Of a DNA stretch of 61,372 bases, positions 8,614 to 17,479 are shown one piece after another. Source of the stretch: a virus (lineage: Duplodnaviria > Caudoviricetes). The stretch is taken from IMG/VR virus record IMGVR_UViG_3300021560_000002, positions 1 to 61,372 of that record; one strand, 5' to 3'. Under the pieces are notes generated by a model. It made no database searches. It was not told where the DNA came from and was given only the letters and a program-made list of their open reading frames with translations. Position 1 is the stretch's first letter, and each line of letters begins with the position of its first letter. A program made the position numbers and the translations under genes.

Positions 8614-10287
8614 CTATACTACTTTATCGCCTGAGTCAATAACATAAAATTCCTGCGGATGGTTTGCCTCTCTAATCTTATAAAGACCTGAGCCTATAGG
8701 GTCTTTGCGTATATCGTCGCTGCCATAACACAGATTTTGATAATTGCAGGGAACCGGCCAGACGCACGCGCGCCGGGTCTTCGGGAACCAGCGATTGAGC
8801 GCCGATCTTCGCGCGCCGTCGTCTCCAGCCTCTTCCGCCGCCCGTACCGCCGCGACGCCTCCGGCCACCGCCCGCTCCTGCGCCTCGGTCTCCTCAGCCC
8901 AGTCGAGCGACTCGTCCTCTTGGCGATAGACGATGACCGGAGGCGGCAGCGCGGCGTCGAGCGGATGAACGTCGGTCGAGCCGGTAGACTGCGCCGGACC
9001 CGTCCATCGCGCCGCAATGTCGCAGCCCAGGATGAAGGCATCGGACGATCGCTCCTCCGCTGTCGGCCCCTGGACCTCCGAAGCGTCCAGCATGTCGATC
9101 CACGCCTTGACCGACATCCGCTCCCAGACCTGCGCCGGAGGCCAGTTCTTCGCGTAGAGCCGCGACGTCGTCCCGTCGTCCTTGCGGTACCCGAACGACC
9201 AGTTCCACTGCTCGTCGCCCGCCGCCATCCCTGCGTTCAGGTACGCGCGCACCAGATGACTCTTCTGCACGTAGGGCGCAAAGCCGAAGCGGTCGGTCAA
9301 ACGATCGTCCTTGTCCCGCGAGCCTTTGAGGAGATAGTCGTAGCGGATAGCGAGGATGCGGGGCGGCGACGCCAGGACGCGGAGGAATGCCATTGTTCTA
9401 GCATCCGAGGATGTCCCGCCGACCTCGGCAGCCAGTTCAGAATCGGTTAGCTCGTCTTCCTTCAATTGCTGCGCTATCTCCCACCACTCCGCCAGCCGCC
9501 GCTCCACCTCCGGCGCCTCGCTCAGCCCCTGCATATCATGCTCGGCGTCCTTGAGCCTCCGCGTGTCGAGCACCGACGCCGTCTTGAACGACTGCAGCAC
9601 GAGCTGCCCCGACGTCCTGTCCAGCAGCAGCGCGTCGGGCCGGGACATGAACCAGAGTTCCTCGACGTCCCAAGCGAAGGCGACGTCTCCCAGCCGCCAC
9701 TCTCCCTCTCGTTCCACCTCCAGCACCTCGTACTGCTCGAGCAGCGGACGCAATCGCCGCCTGGCCCACGCCCGGACCAGCCCCTCGACCAGCGCTGACT
9801 GCTCGGCGAAGAGGAAGTCGTCGTAGGCAGACGTAGCAGATGTCGGCGTCGCCGTCGATACTGTCGAAGCGTCCAGCATCATCGGCGTCCCGAACGGCGC
9901 AGCCTCGGCGGCATTGGCTTCTACCAGTCCCGCGTCCGTGGCATCCTCCCGCTCCGCCGCAATCGCGTTCCGGTACTGCGCGAAGTCGTCGAGGGCGGCG
10001 ATGACCGCAGCGTCCTCCATCGCGGGCGTCGGAGCCACCTCTGGCAACGCCATCGCGTCTCGCAGCAACGACGCTAGCCCCTCATGCACCGCGCCGCCGA
10101 CTGCCAGCGGCAGAGACTTCCTCCGCGGCACGATCCCCCGGCCCTCTGGCCCTGCGTGATACTCCCACCAGCGCCGGCGGCGGCACGCCTGCGCCGTCTC
10201 GACCCGGCTGCGGTCAACGTAGATCCGTTTCGTCGTCATCGTCGTCTCCGTTCGCTCCCCCTCCGTCAGCTTCACCGTGTCGCTCAT
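8614..10287 (-). CDS. PD-(D/E)XK (AddB/Cas4-like) exonuclease with 1+3 Cys Fe-S signature
   Basis: SRVETAQACRRRRW, GGAVH, EVERE, RPDALL, SFKT, C-terminal ACVWPVPCNYQNLC; start at ATGA overlap 10287. Confidence 0.8.
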   Translation of the reverse strand: MSDTVKLTEGERTETTMTTKRIYVDRSRVETAQACRRRRWWEYHAGPEGRGIVPRRKSLPLAVGGAVHEGLASLLRDAMALPEVAPTPAMEDAAVIAALDDFAQYRNAIAAEREDATDAGLVEANAAEAAPFGTPMMLDASTVSTATPTSATSAYDDFLFAEQSALVEGLVRAWARRRLRPLLEQYEVLEVEREGEWRLGDVAFAWDVEELWFMSRPDALLLDRTSGQLVLQSFKTASVLDTRRLKDAEHDMQGLSEAPEVERRLAEWWEIAQQLKEDELTDSELAAEVGGTSSDARTMAFLRVLASPPRILAIRYDYLLKGSRDKDDRLTDRFGFAPYVQKSHLVRAYLNAGMAAGDEQWNWSFGYRKDDGTTSRLYAKNWPPAQVWERMSVKAWIDMLDASEVQGPTAEERSSDAFILGCDIAARWTGPAQSTGSTDVHPLDAALPPPVIVYRQEDESLDWAEETEAQERAVAGGVAAVRAAEEAGDDGARRSALNRWFPKTRRACVWPVPCNYQNLCYGSDDIRKDPIGSGLYKIREANHPQEFYVIDSGDKVV

Positions 10288-10667
10288 GGCCGCCCTCCCA
10301 ACGCTAGGCAGTGCCAACGCTTGTCCTCCGACATCAGCAGGAAGCGCGTCGGATCGGCGCAGGTGCGGTGATGGACGCGCTTTCCCGGAAACTTCCAACT
10401 CAAATCTCGGTCCGCAGCTTCTGCCGTTGCTCCACTACCGCAGCATTCGTATCCAGAGTGCTCTACCGTGTCCCATTCCTTCGGCTTCACGTCGAACGGG
10501 GCTGCCGTGCCAGTACCGAGCATTGGATACACAGCCCCGTTCTTGTCAGCGCAGATCAGCGCTCCGTCCAGAACTGAACAGGACAGCGGCTTCATCGTAC
10601 TGGACGTTTCGTTCTGCCCCATCGCCCCCGGCACCGCTAGCAGCAACAGCGCAATCGCGTATCTCAT
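10284..10667 (-). CDS. Secreted Cys-rich protein
   Basis: Signal peptide MRYAIALLLLAVPGAMG|Q; six Cys in the mature part. Confidence 0.7.
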   Translation of the reverse strand: MRYAIALLLLAVPGAMGQNETSSTMKPLSCSVLDGALICADKNGAVYPMLGTGTAAPFDVKPKEWDTVEHSGYECCGSGATAEAADRDLSWKFPGKRVHHRTCADPTRFLLMSEDKRWHCLALGGRP

Positions 10668-10846
10668 GGCTTCCCCGCCCTCCGTTCCTTATACACAACC
10701 TTCCCGCCCTCGATGACGGCGTGCTTGCCGGTGATGCGGTCGAGTTCGGCTCGGTACATGTCGCTATGCAGCTGTGTCCAGATCAGCGACCACGCCATAA
10801 GAACAGCACCGATGGCCACGCCAAGCCCCGCGTCTGCTCCGCTCAT
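10664..10846 (-). CDS. Small membrane protein
   Basis: One hydrophobic segment; ATGA overlaps. Confidence 0.6.
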   Translation of the reverse strand: MSGADAGLGVAIGAVLMAWSLIWTQLHSDMYRAELDRITGKHAVIEGGKVVYKERRAGKP

Positions 10847-11016
10847 CCCCGTCCTCCCGTTGTAAGCTTTCCATCGGCGGCTCTACGCTCATTGAGCTTG
10901 CGAAGCTGCGCCAAAATTTCCTCCTGCTCGTGAATTAGGAATATCCCAAGAGCGACGATTTGTGTAGAGATCCCGATAAACATCCAACCAATTTTCCACA
11001 TATCGGAGGCGCTCAC
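10843..11016 (-). CDS. Small membrane protein
   Basis: GTGA overlap start; hydrophobic IGWMFIGISTQIVALGIFLI. Confidence 0.55.
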   Translation of the reverse strand: MSASDMWKIGWMFIGISTQIVALGIFLIHEQEEILAQLRKLNERRAADGKLTTGGRG

Positions 11017-11432
11017 GGCTTCTGCTCCAGCGCGGCTTTGATTTCCGCTATACAGGCTCGGTATATGCGAGCGGACTCTCTGCGAACGGCAGCGGCAAGT
11101 GTATGTCCATCGCGTTCGTAACAACTAGCGTACTGTTCATTTCCTTGCGCGAACATTTCCCAACTCGCCGTCCGTTCCTCCAGCGCCTTCCTCAGACGCT
11201 CGTTGTCGCGCTGCAAGGCCGCAATGCAGCCCCTATACCGCTCCAGCACCGTCGCGCTCATTCGGATGCTTTCCTCAAAGACGCGCTGGCATCGATTCCG
11301 CTCCGCAGCTACGGCGGCGTCTAAGTCGGCTTGGGTGAACATCGGCATCTCGCCCACTTTCTCGTTTATTGTCAGTTTGGCGAACTTATTAGCGTTCCCA
11401 GAAGTATCACTCCCCATCTCCCACCTCCTCAT
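11013..11432 (-). CDS. Hypothetical coiled-coil protein
   Basis: ORF in a tightly packed operon; AAVAAERNRC pattern; start uncertain. Confidence 0.6.
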   Translation of the reverse strand: MRRWEMGSDTSGNANKFAKLTINEKVGEMPMFTQADLDAAVAAERNRCQRVFEESIRMSATVLERYRGCIAALQRDNERLRKALEERTASWEMFAQGNEQYASCYERDGHTLAAAVRRESARIYRACIAEIKAALEQKP

Positions 11433-11444
11433 CCCGCCCTGCGG

Positions 11445-11696
11445 CTACGCAATTCTGAACAATGCTGCGAACAAATGGTCTGATTCGCACCTTTCGTGCC
11501 AGACCCTAGCTCTCTTGTCCTTCAAGCGGTAGTTGTCCTTCACGGCGATTACATGCGCATTAGCCATCGCTTCATTGCGGTCAATCGCATGGATATATGT
11601 GGCGTTTTCCGTGTAGCTGTAGCTGACCACGGCGAAAAGGTCGAGCCTGCCTCTGGGAAATCCGTGTTTATCAACTTTGAATGCCTTCGCCATCAC
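11445..11696 (-). CDS. Hypothetical protein
   Basis: GTGA overlap; operon packing. Confidence 0.6.
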   Translation of the reverse strand: MMAKAFKVDKHGFPRGRLDLFAVVSYSYTENATYIHAIDRNEAMANAHVIAVKDNYRLKDKRARVWHERCESDHLFAALFRIA

Positions 11697-12133
11697 TTTC
11701 TCTCCGCGAGCTTTTCCAGCTCGGCGATGCGCTCACAGCAGTCGCCGCAATCGTCTCCGTGTCCAGTATGGTGTTGCCATATCCGCGCTTCCTTCAAAGC
11801 CGCCTCCGCCCGCACCCGGTCGAGCGCGGAGAGTTGGGGGCCGGTCAGCAGGGAACGGATTGCGGTGTCGTTCATTTTGAGCATACGGTTCATGCCGTTC
11901 ATAAAACTTTGGGCGTCTCCCTCGATCTGAAACTGTTGGCCTGGACGCCCTCCAATCACGTCGAGCATCCTCTCCGCCGTCGCCGCTATCTCGGCATCGC
12001 GCTGGCGCCCAAGGTCGGGGAGGAGGGCTTCGAGTTCGTCGGCACAGTAACCCATGTTAGCCGAGAAGCAATCGTTATTCATTTCGCGCCACTTCCCCAC
12101 CAGCTCCCTCAGCTTGCTCGTTCGGTCGGTCAC
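11693..12133 (-). CDS. Hypothetical protein
   Basis: GTGA overlap start with AAGGAG SD; CADELEALL and C-terminal HxxHxxxCxxC. Confidence 0.6.
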   Translation of the reverse strand: MTDRTSKLRELVGKWREMNNDCFSANMGYCADELEALLPDLGRQRDAEIAATAERMLDVIGGRPGQQFQIEGDAQSFMNGMNRMLKMNDTAIRSLLTGPQLSALDRVRAEAALKEARIWQHHTGHGDDCGDCCERIAELEKLAERK

Positions 12134-12348
12134 GGGCGCTCCTTGGGCGGGTTGCTCGTGAAGAGGCTCATGATGCGCCGCCACGGACTTCGCCATTTGA
12201 ATCCAGTAATCGCACCGCAAACTCCACAACACGCCGCCGTGTACTCTGGCCTAATCAGATAATGCTGAACGTTCCACGCATAGCAAGAATGCGGCGGATA
12301 GGCTGCCGCAGCCCGGTATTCAGCTACTTTGTTGTTTGTGTCGCTCAA
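12130..12348 (-). CDS. Small putative Zn-binding protein
   Basis: HSC...CCGVCG; GTGA overlaps. Confidence 0.55.
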   Translation of the reverse strand: MSDTNNKVAEYRAAAAYPPHSCYAWNVQHYLIRPEYTAACCGVCGAITGFKWRSPWRRIMSLFTSNPPKERP

Positions 12349-12719
12349 GCCTTCACCTCCGGCGCGTCCTCCGGCCCCGCAATGTCGGCTGGCGGGATGG
12401 CGGAGAGTTGTGATTCTGGAACGTCATGCTTCCAATCGGATATACGATAAAGGTAGCCATCGTTACTGTGCACACATTCAGTTACTTCGTAAGCGCCGCT
12501 AGCGTTAGCAACTTTGACAATCTGCCCCTTGCGTCCCTTTGTCGCCGCGCGAAACTTCGGCCTCGGCAGATCGGGCGGGATGAGAGTGAAGTTTCTTACC
12601 GTTCCGTTTGGCAACTTAATGGAAAAACCAGATTCGTTTGCGCCGACCACGGAAACGAACTGAACACCGTCGCCGCTATTGGTGGTTTCGTGGAACCTCT
12701 GCCCCTTCTCCAGTTTCAT
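12345..12719 (-). CDS. Hypothetical protein
   Basis: ATGA overlap with AGGAG SD. Confidence 0.6.
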   Translation of the reverse strand: MKLEKGQRFHETTNSGDGVQFVSVVGANESGFSIKLPNGTVRNFTLIPPDLPRPKFRAATKGRKGQIVKVANASGAYEVTECVHSNDGYLYRISDWKHDVPESQLSAIPPADIAGPEDAPEVKA

Positions 12720-12919
12720 CGCTGGGTCTCCTGTCCGCGCTGCTGCGCCTTGATGAACTCGGCAATTTCGATTAGCTCGGCAGCGGTGAACTCAATGCCT
12801 TCATCCTCATCGGCCCTAAATGTGCCGTCGCTCCGGTAGACCGTTCCGAGTACCTTTTCTCCACGCTGAACATACACCCAACTCTTACCGGTCGGCCCGA
12901 ACCTCAACTCTCCCGCCAT
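12716..12919 (-). CDS. Hypothetical protein
   Basis: GGAGG SD; operon packing. Confidence 0.6.
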   Translation of the reverse strand: MAGELRFGPTGKSWVYVQRGEKVLGTVYRSDGTFRADEDEGIEFTAAELIEIAEFIKAQQRGQETQR

Positions 12920-12930
12920 CGTCTGCCTCC

Positions 12931-13119
12931 TCAGCGGCCAGGAACGCTAACAATCTCGAATTCCATACCTTCAAGCATGATGTCTTTCTCCGGCCAGCTT
13001 TTTTCGTCGTTCGGATCAAGAGCATGCATGCCAAATGCAGCTCCGTAGCCGTCAAGGTAGTGGTAGACCAGCGTTGCCATCCTGCCGTCCTCAAACTTGA
13101 TTATCGTGCCTGCTTTCAT
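12931..13119 (-). CDS. Hypothetical protein
   Basis: GAGGAGGA SD before MKAGTIIKF. Confidence 0.6.
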   Translation of the reverse strand: MKAGTIIKFEDGRMATLVYHYLDGYGAAFGMHALDPNDEKSWPEKDIMLEGMEFEIVSVPGR

Positions 13120-13129
13120 TTCATCCTCC

Positions 13130-13333
13130 TCAGCGGCCCTCGGCCTTGGCGAGCATTCGTTTAAGCGACCGCTGCAACATCCTGCGTGGGATTGTGAAAT
13201 TGAATCCACACTTGTTACCAAGCTCATCGGCGCTAATGAAAACTTCGATGAACCTCTGGCTCTCGTAATACCAAATGCGACCAGTCCTAACTTTCTGCGG
13301 ACTCAAACTCGGACCTTTCGTAAACTCTGCCAT
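13130..13333 (-). CDS. Hypothetical protein
   Basis: GAGGAGGAG SD; operon packing. Confidence 0.6.
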   Translation of the reverse strand: MAEFTKGPSLSPQKVRTGRIWYYESQRFIEVFISADELGNKCGFNFTIPRRMLQRSLKRMLAKAEGR

Positions 13334-13374
13334 GCTCTCCTCCTCAGCCTGCTACAAGGGTGCTCGGCCCTCGA

Positions 13375-13602
13375 CTACGACTGCTGATTCTCCGGTTGAC
13401 TCGCCATCGCTTTCTTGGCGAAGAAACATGCCTCTTCAAGCTTCGTGCGGAAGATTGCAAACTCCCGCGACTTCGGGTTCTCAACGCTGATTCCAGATAG
13501 CGCAGCGACGCTGTAAAGCAACTGGTTGAAATCTCCCGCTATCGCCACCGCTTTCTGCTTCCCCTGCTCGTTCAACATATGCACCTCAAACGCCGCATCC
13601 AT
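13375..13602 (-). CDS. Acb2/Tad1-like helical hairpin protein (candidate anti-defence nucleotide sponge)
   Basis: SREFAIFRTKLEEACFFAKKAMA resembles the RE..la.TKLEEA..wa hairpin signature; GGAGA SD; 75 aa. Confidence 0.6.
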   Translation of the reverse strand: MDAAFEVHMLNEQGKQKAVAIAGDFNQLLYSVAALSGISVENPKSREFAIFRTKLEEACFFAKKAMASQPENQQS

Positions 13603-13684
13603 CGTTATCTCCTTTTCCCCGAGCACCCATGTAGAAAGCCGCCCACTCGTTCCCGTTCTCCCCGCTCCGTGGGTCGCCGGGGGA

Positions 13685-13981
13685 TTACTTAGCCTCTCCG
13701 TCGGTAATCCAACCATGCCAGTGCCCCGACGCGCTGGCGTCCACTGATGGCTGTACGGTCAAGTTCTCGAACGTTCCTGAGATTGACCACGAGGATCCTG
13801 CGTTGCACGGAACTACTTTCATATTCCAATCCGGCCCAAACTCCTTTTCGTACAGGTCAAACTGCTCGTGGTCAGAGATGACCGCGTTCTTGCACGTTAG
13901 CCAATCCTTGCGACAATGAGGACACAGAAACACAAACATATTCGGGTGAATCCATCGCGGCTCAAGTTCTGTCAGTCGCAT
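13685..13981 (-). CDS. DUF6527-like protein
   Basis: FLCPHC...W.ISG..ENLTVQPSV......HWHGWITDG. Confidence 0.7.
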   Translation of the reverse strand: MRLTELEPRWIHPNMFVFLCPHCRKDWLTCKNAVISDHEQFDLYEKEFGPDWNMKVVPCNAGSSWSISGTFENLTVQPSVDASASGHWHGWITDGEAK

Positions 13982-14520
13982 CCCGCATCACCTCCGTTTC
14001 GATGGAAAGTTAACAATCAGTCGCCAGAATCACACTGAGTTCCAGCACATAGTTCATCTCAGCGACCAGTCTGCTCAACGCCTTCTCGTAATCCACATTC
14101 TGCCGCCGCTCGCGGTTCTTGATAATCTTGAACACGCACCACAGAGCCGCTTGCAACTTGTCGTCCATCATCGGCCTATCTCCCCAGGGCGGCGTCTTGT
14201 CGGCGGAACCTGAAAGCTCAAATGGCCATCCCGCCGCTAGCAGGCCCGTACCCGCCGCCCCGAAGAGGTCCTCAGATCCGCTGGCAAGGGTGCTCGGTCT
14301 TGCTCACTGGCCGTTTTGTGCTGCACGGAATCTTGAGCGGCTGTCCGAGCACCCATGTCAACGTGTCCGCCCCTTCCCCTTCATCTCTCCTCCGGTCTGC
14401 GGCGCAAGGCACGCAACCGCTTGAACAGCGCCCGTTCTTCGTGCTTAAGATTGGCGTCGGAATATCCGAGCCAGTAGCCGTTGAAAAATAACGCTAGTAC
14501 CGCCAATGCAATCAGACAAC

Positions 14521-14832
14521 TCACGCCTTCTCCCCTGCCAGTGCGAGGGCCTCTTCGAGCTTCTCAATCACATCGTCGCAATCCTGAGAGTAAGGACTAC
14601 ACAACGCCTTCAGCGCCGCCCTGCACGCCTCCACCAGCGCCTTGTGAGAGTTGACTGAGCGGACGATATACTGGCCGTTCGCTTGGTCGGTATGAAAGTC
14701 TCGTCCATTGACCATTGCAATGAACTTCGTGCGCTCGCGGATGTCGCCGTAATCTGGAAAGATGCGCCCACCGTCGCTGCCCATCATCCGAAACCGCCAC
14801 GGCCTCGCCGTCGCCTTCGTCTCCGCGCTCAT
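14521..14832 (-). CDS. Hypothetical phage protein
   Basis: T.RPW...ANGQYIVRSVNSH.ALVEA pattern common in phage early genes. Confidence 0.7.
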   Translation of the reverse strand: MSAETKATARPWRFRMMGSDGGRIFPDYGDIRERTKFIAMVNGRDFHTDQANGQYIVRSVNSHKALVEACRAALKALCSPYSQDCDDVIEKLEEALALAGEKA

Positions 14833-15077
14833 TGGGTGTCCTTGATATTGTCAATAAAGGAATAGTCGTTGACGGTTTTACGATGCACTCTTTTATCTCC
14901 ACCCGGTATTGGGAATTTCTCATATGCCTTATCTTCGATAGCTCGGAGCACAGCAGGGTGGTTGTTCATAACCCACCGCCTACATGATGTTTGAATGAAG
15001 TTATTTCTCCTTGCGCCAATTGTGTTAACTTCGGCGTACCGCTTGTCCGTCTTCGTCCGCGTCAGCTTCTCCTTCAT
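14829..15077 (-). CDS. Hypothetical protein
   Basis: ATGA overlaps; GGAGG SD. Confidence 0.55.
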   Translation of the reverse strand: MKEKLTRTKTDKRYAEVNTIGARRNNFIQTSCRRWVMNNHPAVLRAIEDKAYEKFPIPGGDKRVHRKTVNDYSFIDNIKDTQ

Positions 15078-15514
15078 TGCCCGCCCTCCGCTAACAAGCT
15101 GTCAGGGCATCGCCATTCGACAATCTCCCGCACGACAGTCTTGGTTTCAAAGGTGACTGGAACCTTTTCCTCGACGGTTTCCTTGCCGATTACAACGCGC
15201 TTGCAGATAAGGTTGTGCTGTGCGCTGATCTGGTAAACAAGTCCAGACGGAAATTCGCATTTGAGATTGAAATATCCATCCTTAGAGGACTTTTCTGCTT
15301 TCGGAAGCAGCCGCGCGATTGCAGCAAATTCATCTTTAGAATAGACAATTGACGTAGCGTTACCCCAGTTATATAGAATAATAGGGATTGGGAGTCCTGG
15401 ATGCGATTCCAAAAAGTCAGCCATTTCTCGCAACTGTAAGATGTATTTCTCTCGTTCCATTTTCATCCTTTCCCATGCAAAGTTTGCACTGTCTTTCCCT
15501 GATACTCGTCCCAC
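15074..15514 (-). CDS. Hypothetical phage protein
   Basis: LREMADFLESHP.LP...CKRVVIG...VEWRCPDSLL; low GC; start uncertain. Confidence 0.7.
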   Translation of the reverse strand: MGRVSGKDSANFAWERMKMEREKYILQLREMADFLESHPGLPIPIILYNWGNATSIVYSKDEFAAIARLLPKAEKSSKDGYFNLKCEFPSGLVYQISAQHNLICKRVVIGKETVEEKVPVTFETKTVVREIVEWRCPDSLLAEGGQ

Positions 15515-15649
15515 TTATTCCAAGCTGTTCTGACCCCTTCCCATCCTCCGCGTATCCAGAAGCATCCGCCTGTAATGGCGAAGATGGTTGAAACCACGAT
15601 TCCGATAATGGCAGGCAGGGATTCCATTCAGCAGGCGTCCACTCGGCGT

Positions 15650-16099
15650 CTATTTAGCCCACAGCGCGGATTCGTCGCCAGCCTCGCGCTGGGTGTCCCC
15701 CTCCGCATTCGCCCTAGCAAACGCCCCGTCCTCGACCGTCGTCGCTGCGTTACCTGTGAACGGCGCCCACGGACTCCCCTCGGCCACCGCCGCCTCGCAC
15801 ACCGCCACGACGTACTCCCTGAACCGCAGCCCCCGCGCCGCCGCCGCCATCATCATCCGGCGATGCACCTCGGGCGGGAAGCGCCGGATCTGCAGCGACC
15901 GCTGCTCGCGCCGGCGCTTGGGCTCGGGCACGATCGGCGCTGAGGTGTCCAGCCGCGACGCTGTCGTCGCACGGACCGACGACGACGCTCTGCGCACATC
16001 CCGCTCCATCTCGGTCAGGTCCGCCGCGCGCTGCCGCTTGGCTTTCCGCGCCGCCTTCTCCGCCGCCCGCTCCGACTTCGATACTACATGATGTCCCAT
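15650..16099 (-). CDS. Putative transcriptional regulator with RHH domain
   Basis: LQIRRFPPEVHRRMMMAAAARGLRFREYV; first gene downstream of a leftward promoter. Confidence 0.6.
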   Translation of the reverse strand: MGHHVVSKSERAAEKAARKAKRQRAADLTEMERDVRRASSSVRATTASRLDTSAPIVPEPKRRREQRSLQIRRFPPEVHRRMMMAAAARGLRFREYVVAVCEAAVAEGSPWAPFTGNAATTVEDGAFARANAEGDTQREAGDESALWAK

Positions 16100-16119
16100 G
16101 CGTCCCTCTAATACTTCGT

Positions 16120-16149
16120 GTACTACCACGTCGCCGCCAGTCGTGTCAA
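16120..16149 (-). promoter_or_regulatory. Leftward sigma70-type promoter
   Basis: TTGACA-N18-TAGTAC with TG extended -10. Confidence 0.5.
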
Positions 16150-16339
16150 GTGTTTTCTGCATAGCGTTATCACCTGCTCCATCACCAGCGTCGTACTATT
16201 ACTCTCCCTGCGCGTCATGGCGTCGCACGCCGCTGACTCCCTCGTCCGCCATCAGCGTCGCGCCTTCCGCCGCGCTCGCCGTCCTACGCTCCTCCCCGCC
16301 CTTCCGCGTTCCCTGCCTCGCTCACTACAGCGATTCTCC

Positions 16340-16368
16340 TTGACTTCCTACTCGCCTAATGGTATTCA
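16340..16368 (+). promoter_or_regulatory. Rightward sigma70-type promoter for the AAA_25 gene
   Basis: TTGACT-N17-TATTCA with TG extended -10. Confidence 0.5.
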
Positions 16369-16480
16369 CCGATCCGCTGGGTAATGTCTGGCGCATGAGC
16401 TGCGGAGGAGACGGCCTGCAGTCGCCTCCTCCCGATTTTCTGTGTGTCGGAACTCCCACACTCATGCAAAGGACATTTCG

Positions 16481-17428
16481 ATGACCGACTCCGGCTTGGC
16501 CCCCGCAGTCCAGCCGTCTCCTCTCCGTTCCCCTTACCTGATCGACGCTATCCTCCACGAACACGAAGTCCATATAATCTCCGGGCCGTCCGGCGCGGGC
16601 AAAACCGTACTTGCCCTGCAGATCGCCAGTGACTTCCTCGAGGGACGCGAAGTCTTCGGGCACGCTGTATCCACTGTGCCTCTGTGCTACATCGCCTGCG
16701 AGCGCTCGAAAGCGTCGCTCAAACGCACGATGAGTCAGCTTGACATTCCCTGCTCGACGATACCTCACGATTCCCTGATCCATCCTCTCCGGCGCGACGA
16801 AAGCCGCACGCTCGACGACGCCTTCGCGCTTGCCCGGCGGGTCTGCCCATCCTGCAAGCTACTGTTCCTAGACGGACTTGCCTCTCTGTGCCCAGGCCGC
16901 ATTACCGACTACCGCGAACTCTCCCATTTTCTTATTGGCCTTTCCAAGCGCTGTAAGCATGAGCAAATTACCGTGGTCGGCATCGTCTATTCGTCGAAGG
17001 TACGCGACGGCTCAGGGTACATCGCGCCGCGCGACCGTATTGCCGGCTCCGCCGCATGGTCCACGCTTACCGATACGAAGATCCTCATTGAGCCTCTCAA
17101 GCCGTCCAATCCCGCTGACCCCAATCGCGTCGTTTCGCTGCTACCGACCTCCCATGCTGCCGAGGTATTCGCCTATCAATTCGTCGGCGGCCGCCTGCTA
17201 CCGACCTCCGAGGCCAACTGCCCAGCGCAAGCTGACCTTGATCGCTGGCTCGCTGGCCTGCCCGAGTCGCTGCAGGTCTGCACGCAGGACATCGTTGAAG
17301 CTGGTTCATCCGCTGGGCTCTCCCGTACCACCATCTACCGCTGGATCGATGATCAAGTCTCACTCGGGACGATGCTACGAGTCTCCCGCGGATGGTATCG
17401 AAAAGCGCCTTCGGGCGTCGTGCAATAG
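16481..17428 (+). CDS. AAA_25 / RepA-like (SF4) helicase-type ATPase with C-terminal winged helix
   Basis: SGPSGAGKT, YIACE, LLFLDG, IAGSAAW, GLSRTTIYRW; AAGGA SD before ATG 16481. Confidence 0.8.
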   Translation: MTDSGLAPAVQPSPLRSPYLIDAILHEHEVHIISGPSGAGKTVLALQIASDFLEGREVFGHAVSTVPLCYIACERSKASLKRTMSQLDIPCSTIPHDSLIHPLRRDESRTLDDAFALARRVCPSCKLLFLDGLASLCPGRITDYRELSHFLIGLSKRCKHEQITVVGIVYSSKVRDGSGYIAPRDRIAGSAAWSTLTDTKILIEPLKPSNPADPNRVVSLLPTSHAAEVFAYQFVGGRLLPTSEANCPAQADLDRWLAGLPESLQVCTQDIVEAGSSAGLSRTTIYRWIDDQVSLGTMLRVSRGWYRKAPSGVVQ

Positions 17429-17479
17429 CGGCGCCCGACGGTCGCCGCAGCCGCCGACAGCGGTCGCCGCGAAAGGCGT

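Noticed and set aside
8614-10287. CRISPR-associated cas4
   Set aside because: Context (Sak4-like, SSB-like) indicates a recombination exonuclease; no cas1/cas2 or array.
15650-17428. Lysogeny/integration module
   Set aside because: Divergent promoters and an RHH gene are present, but no tyrosine or serine recombinase, CI-like repressor or parA was recognised.
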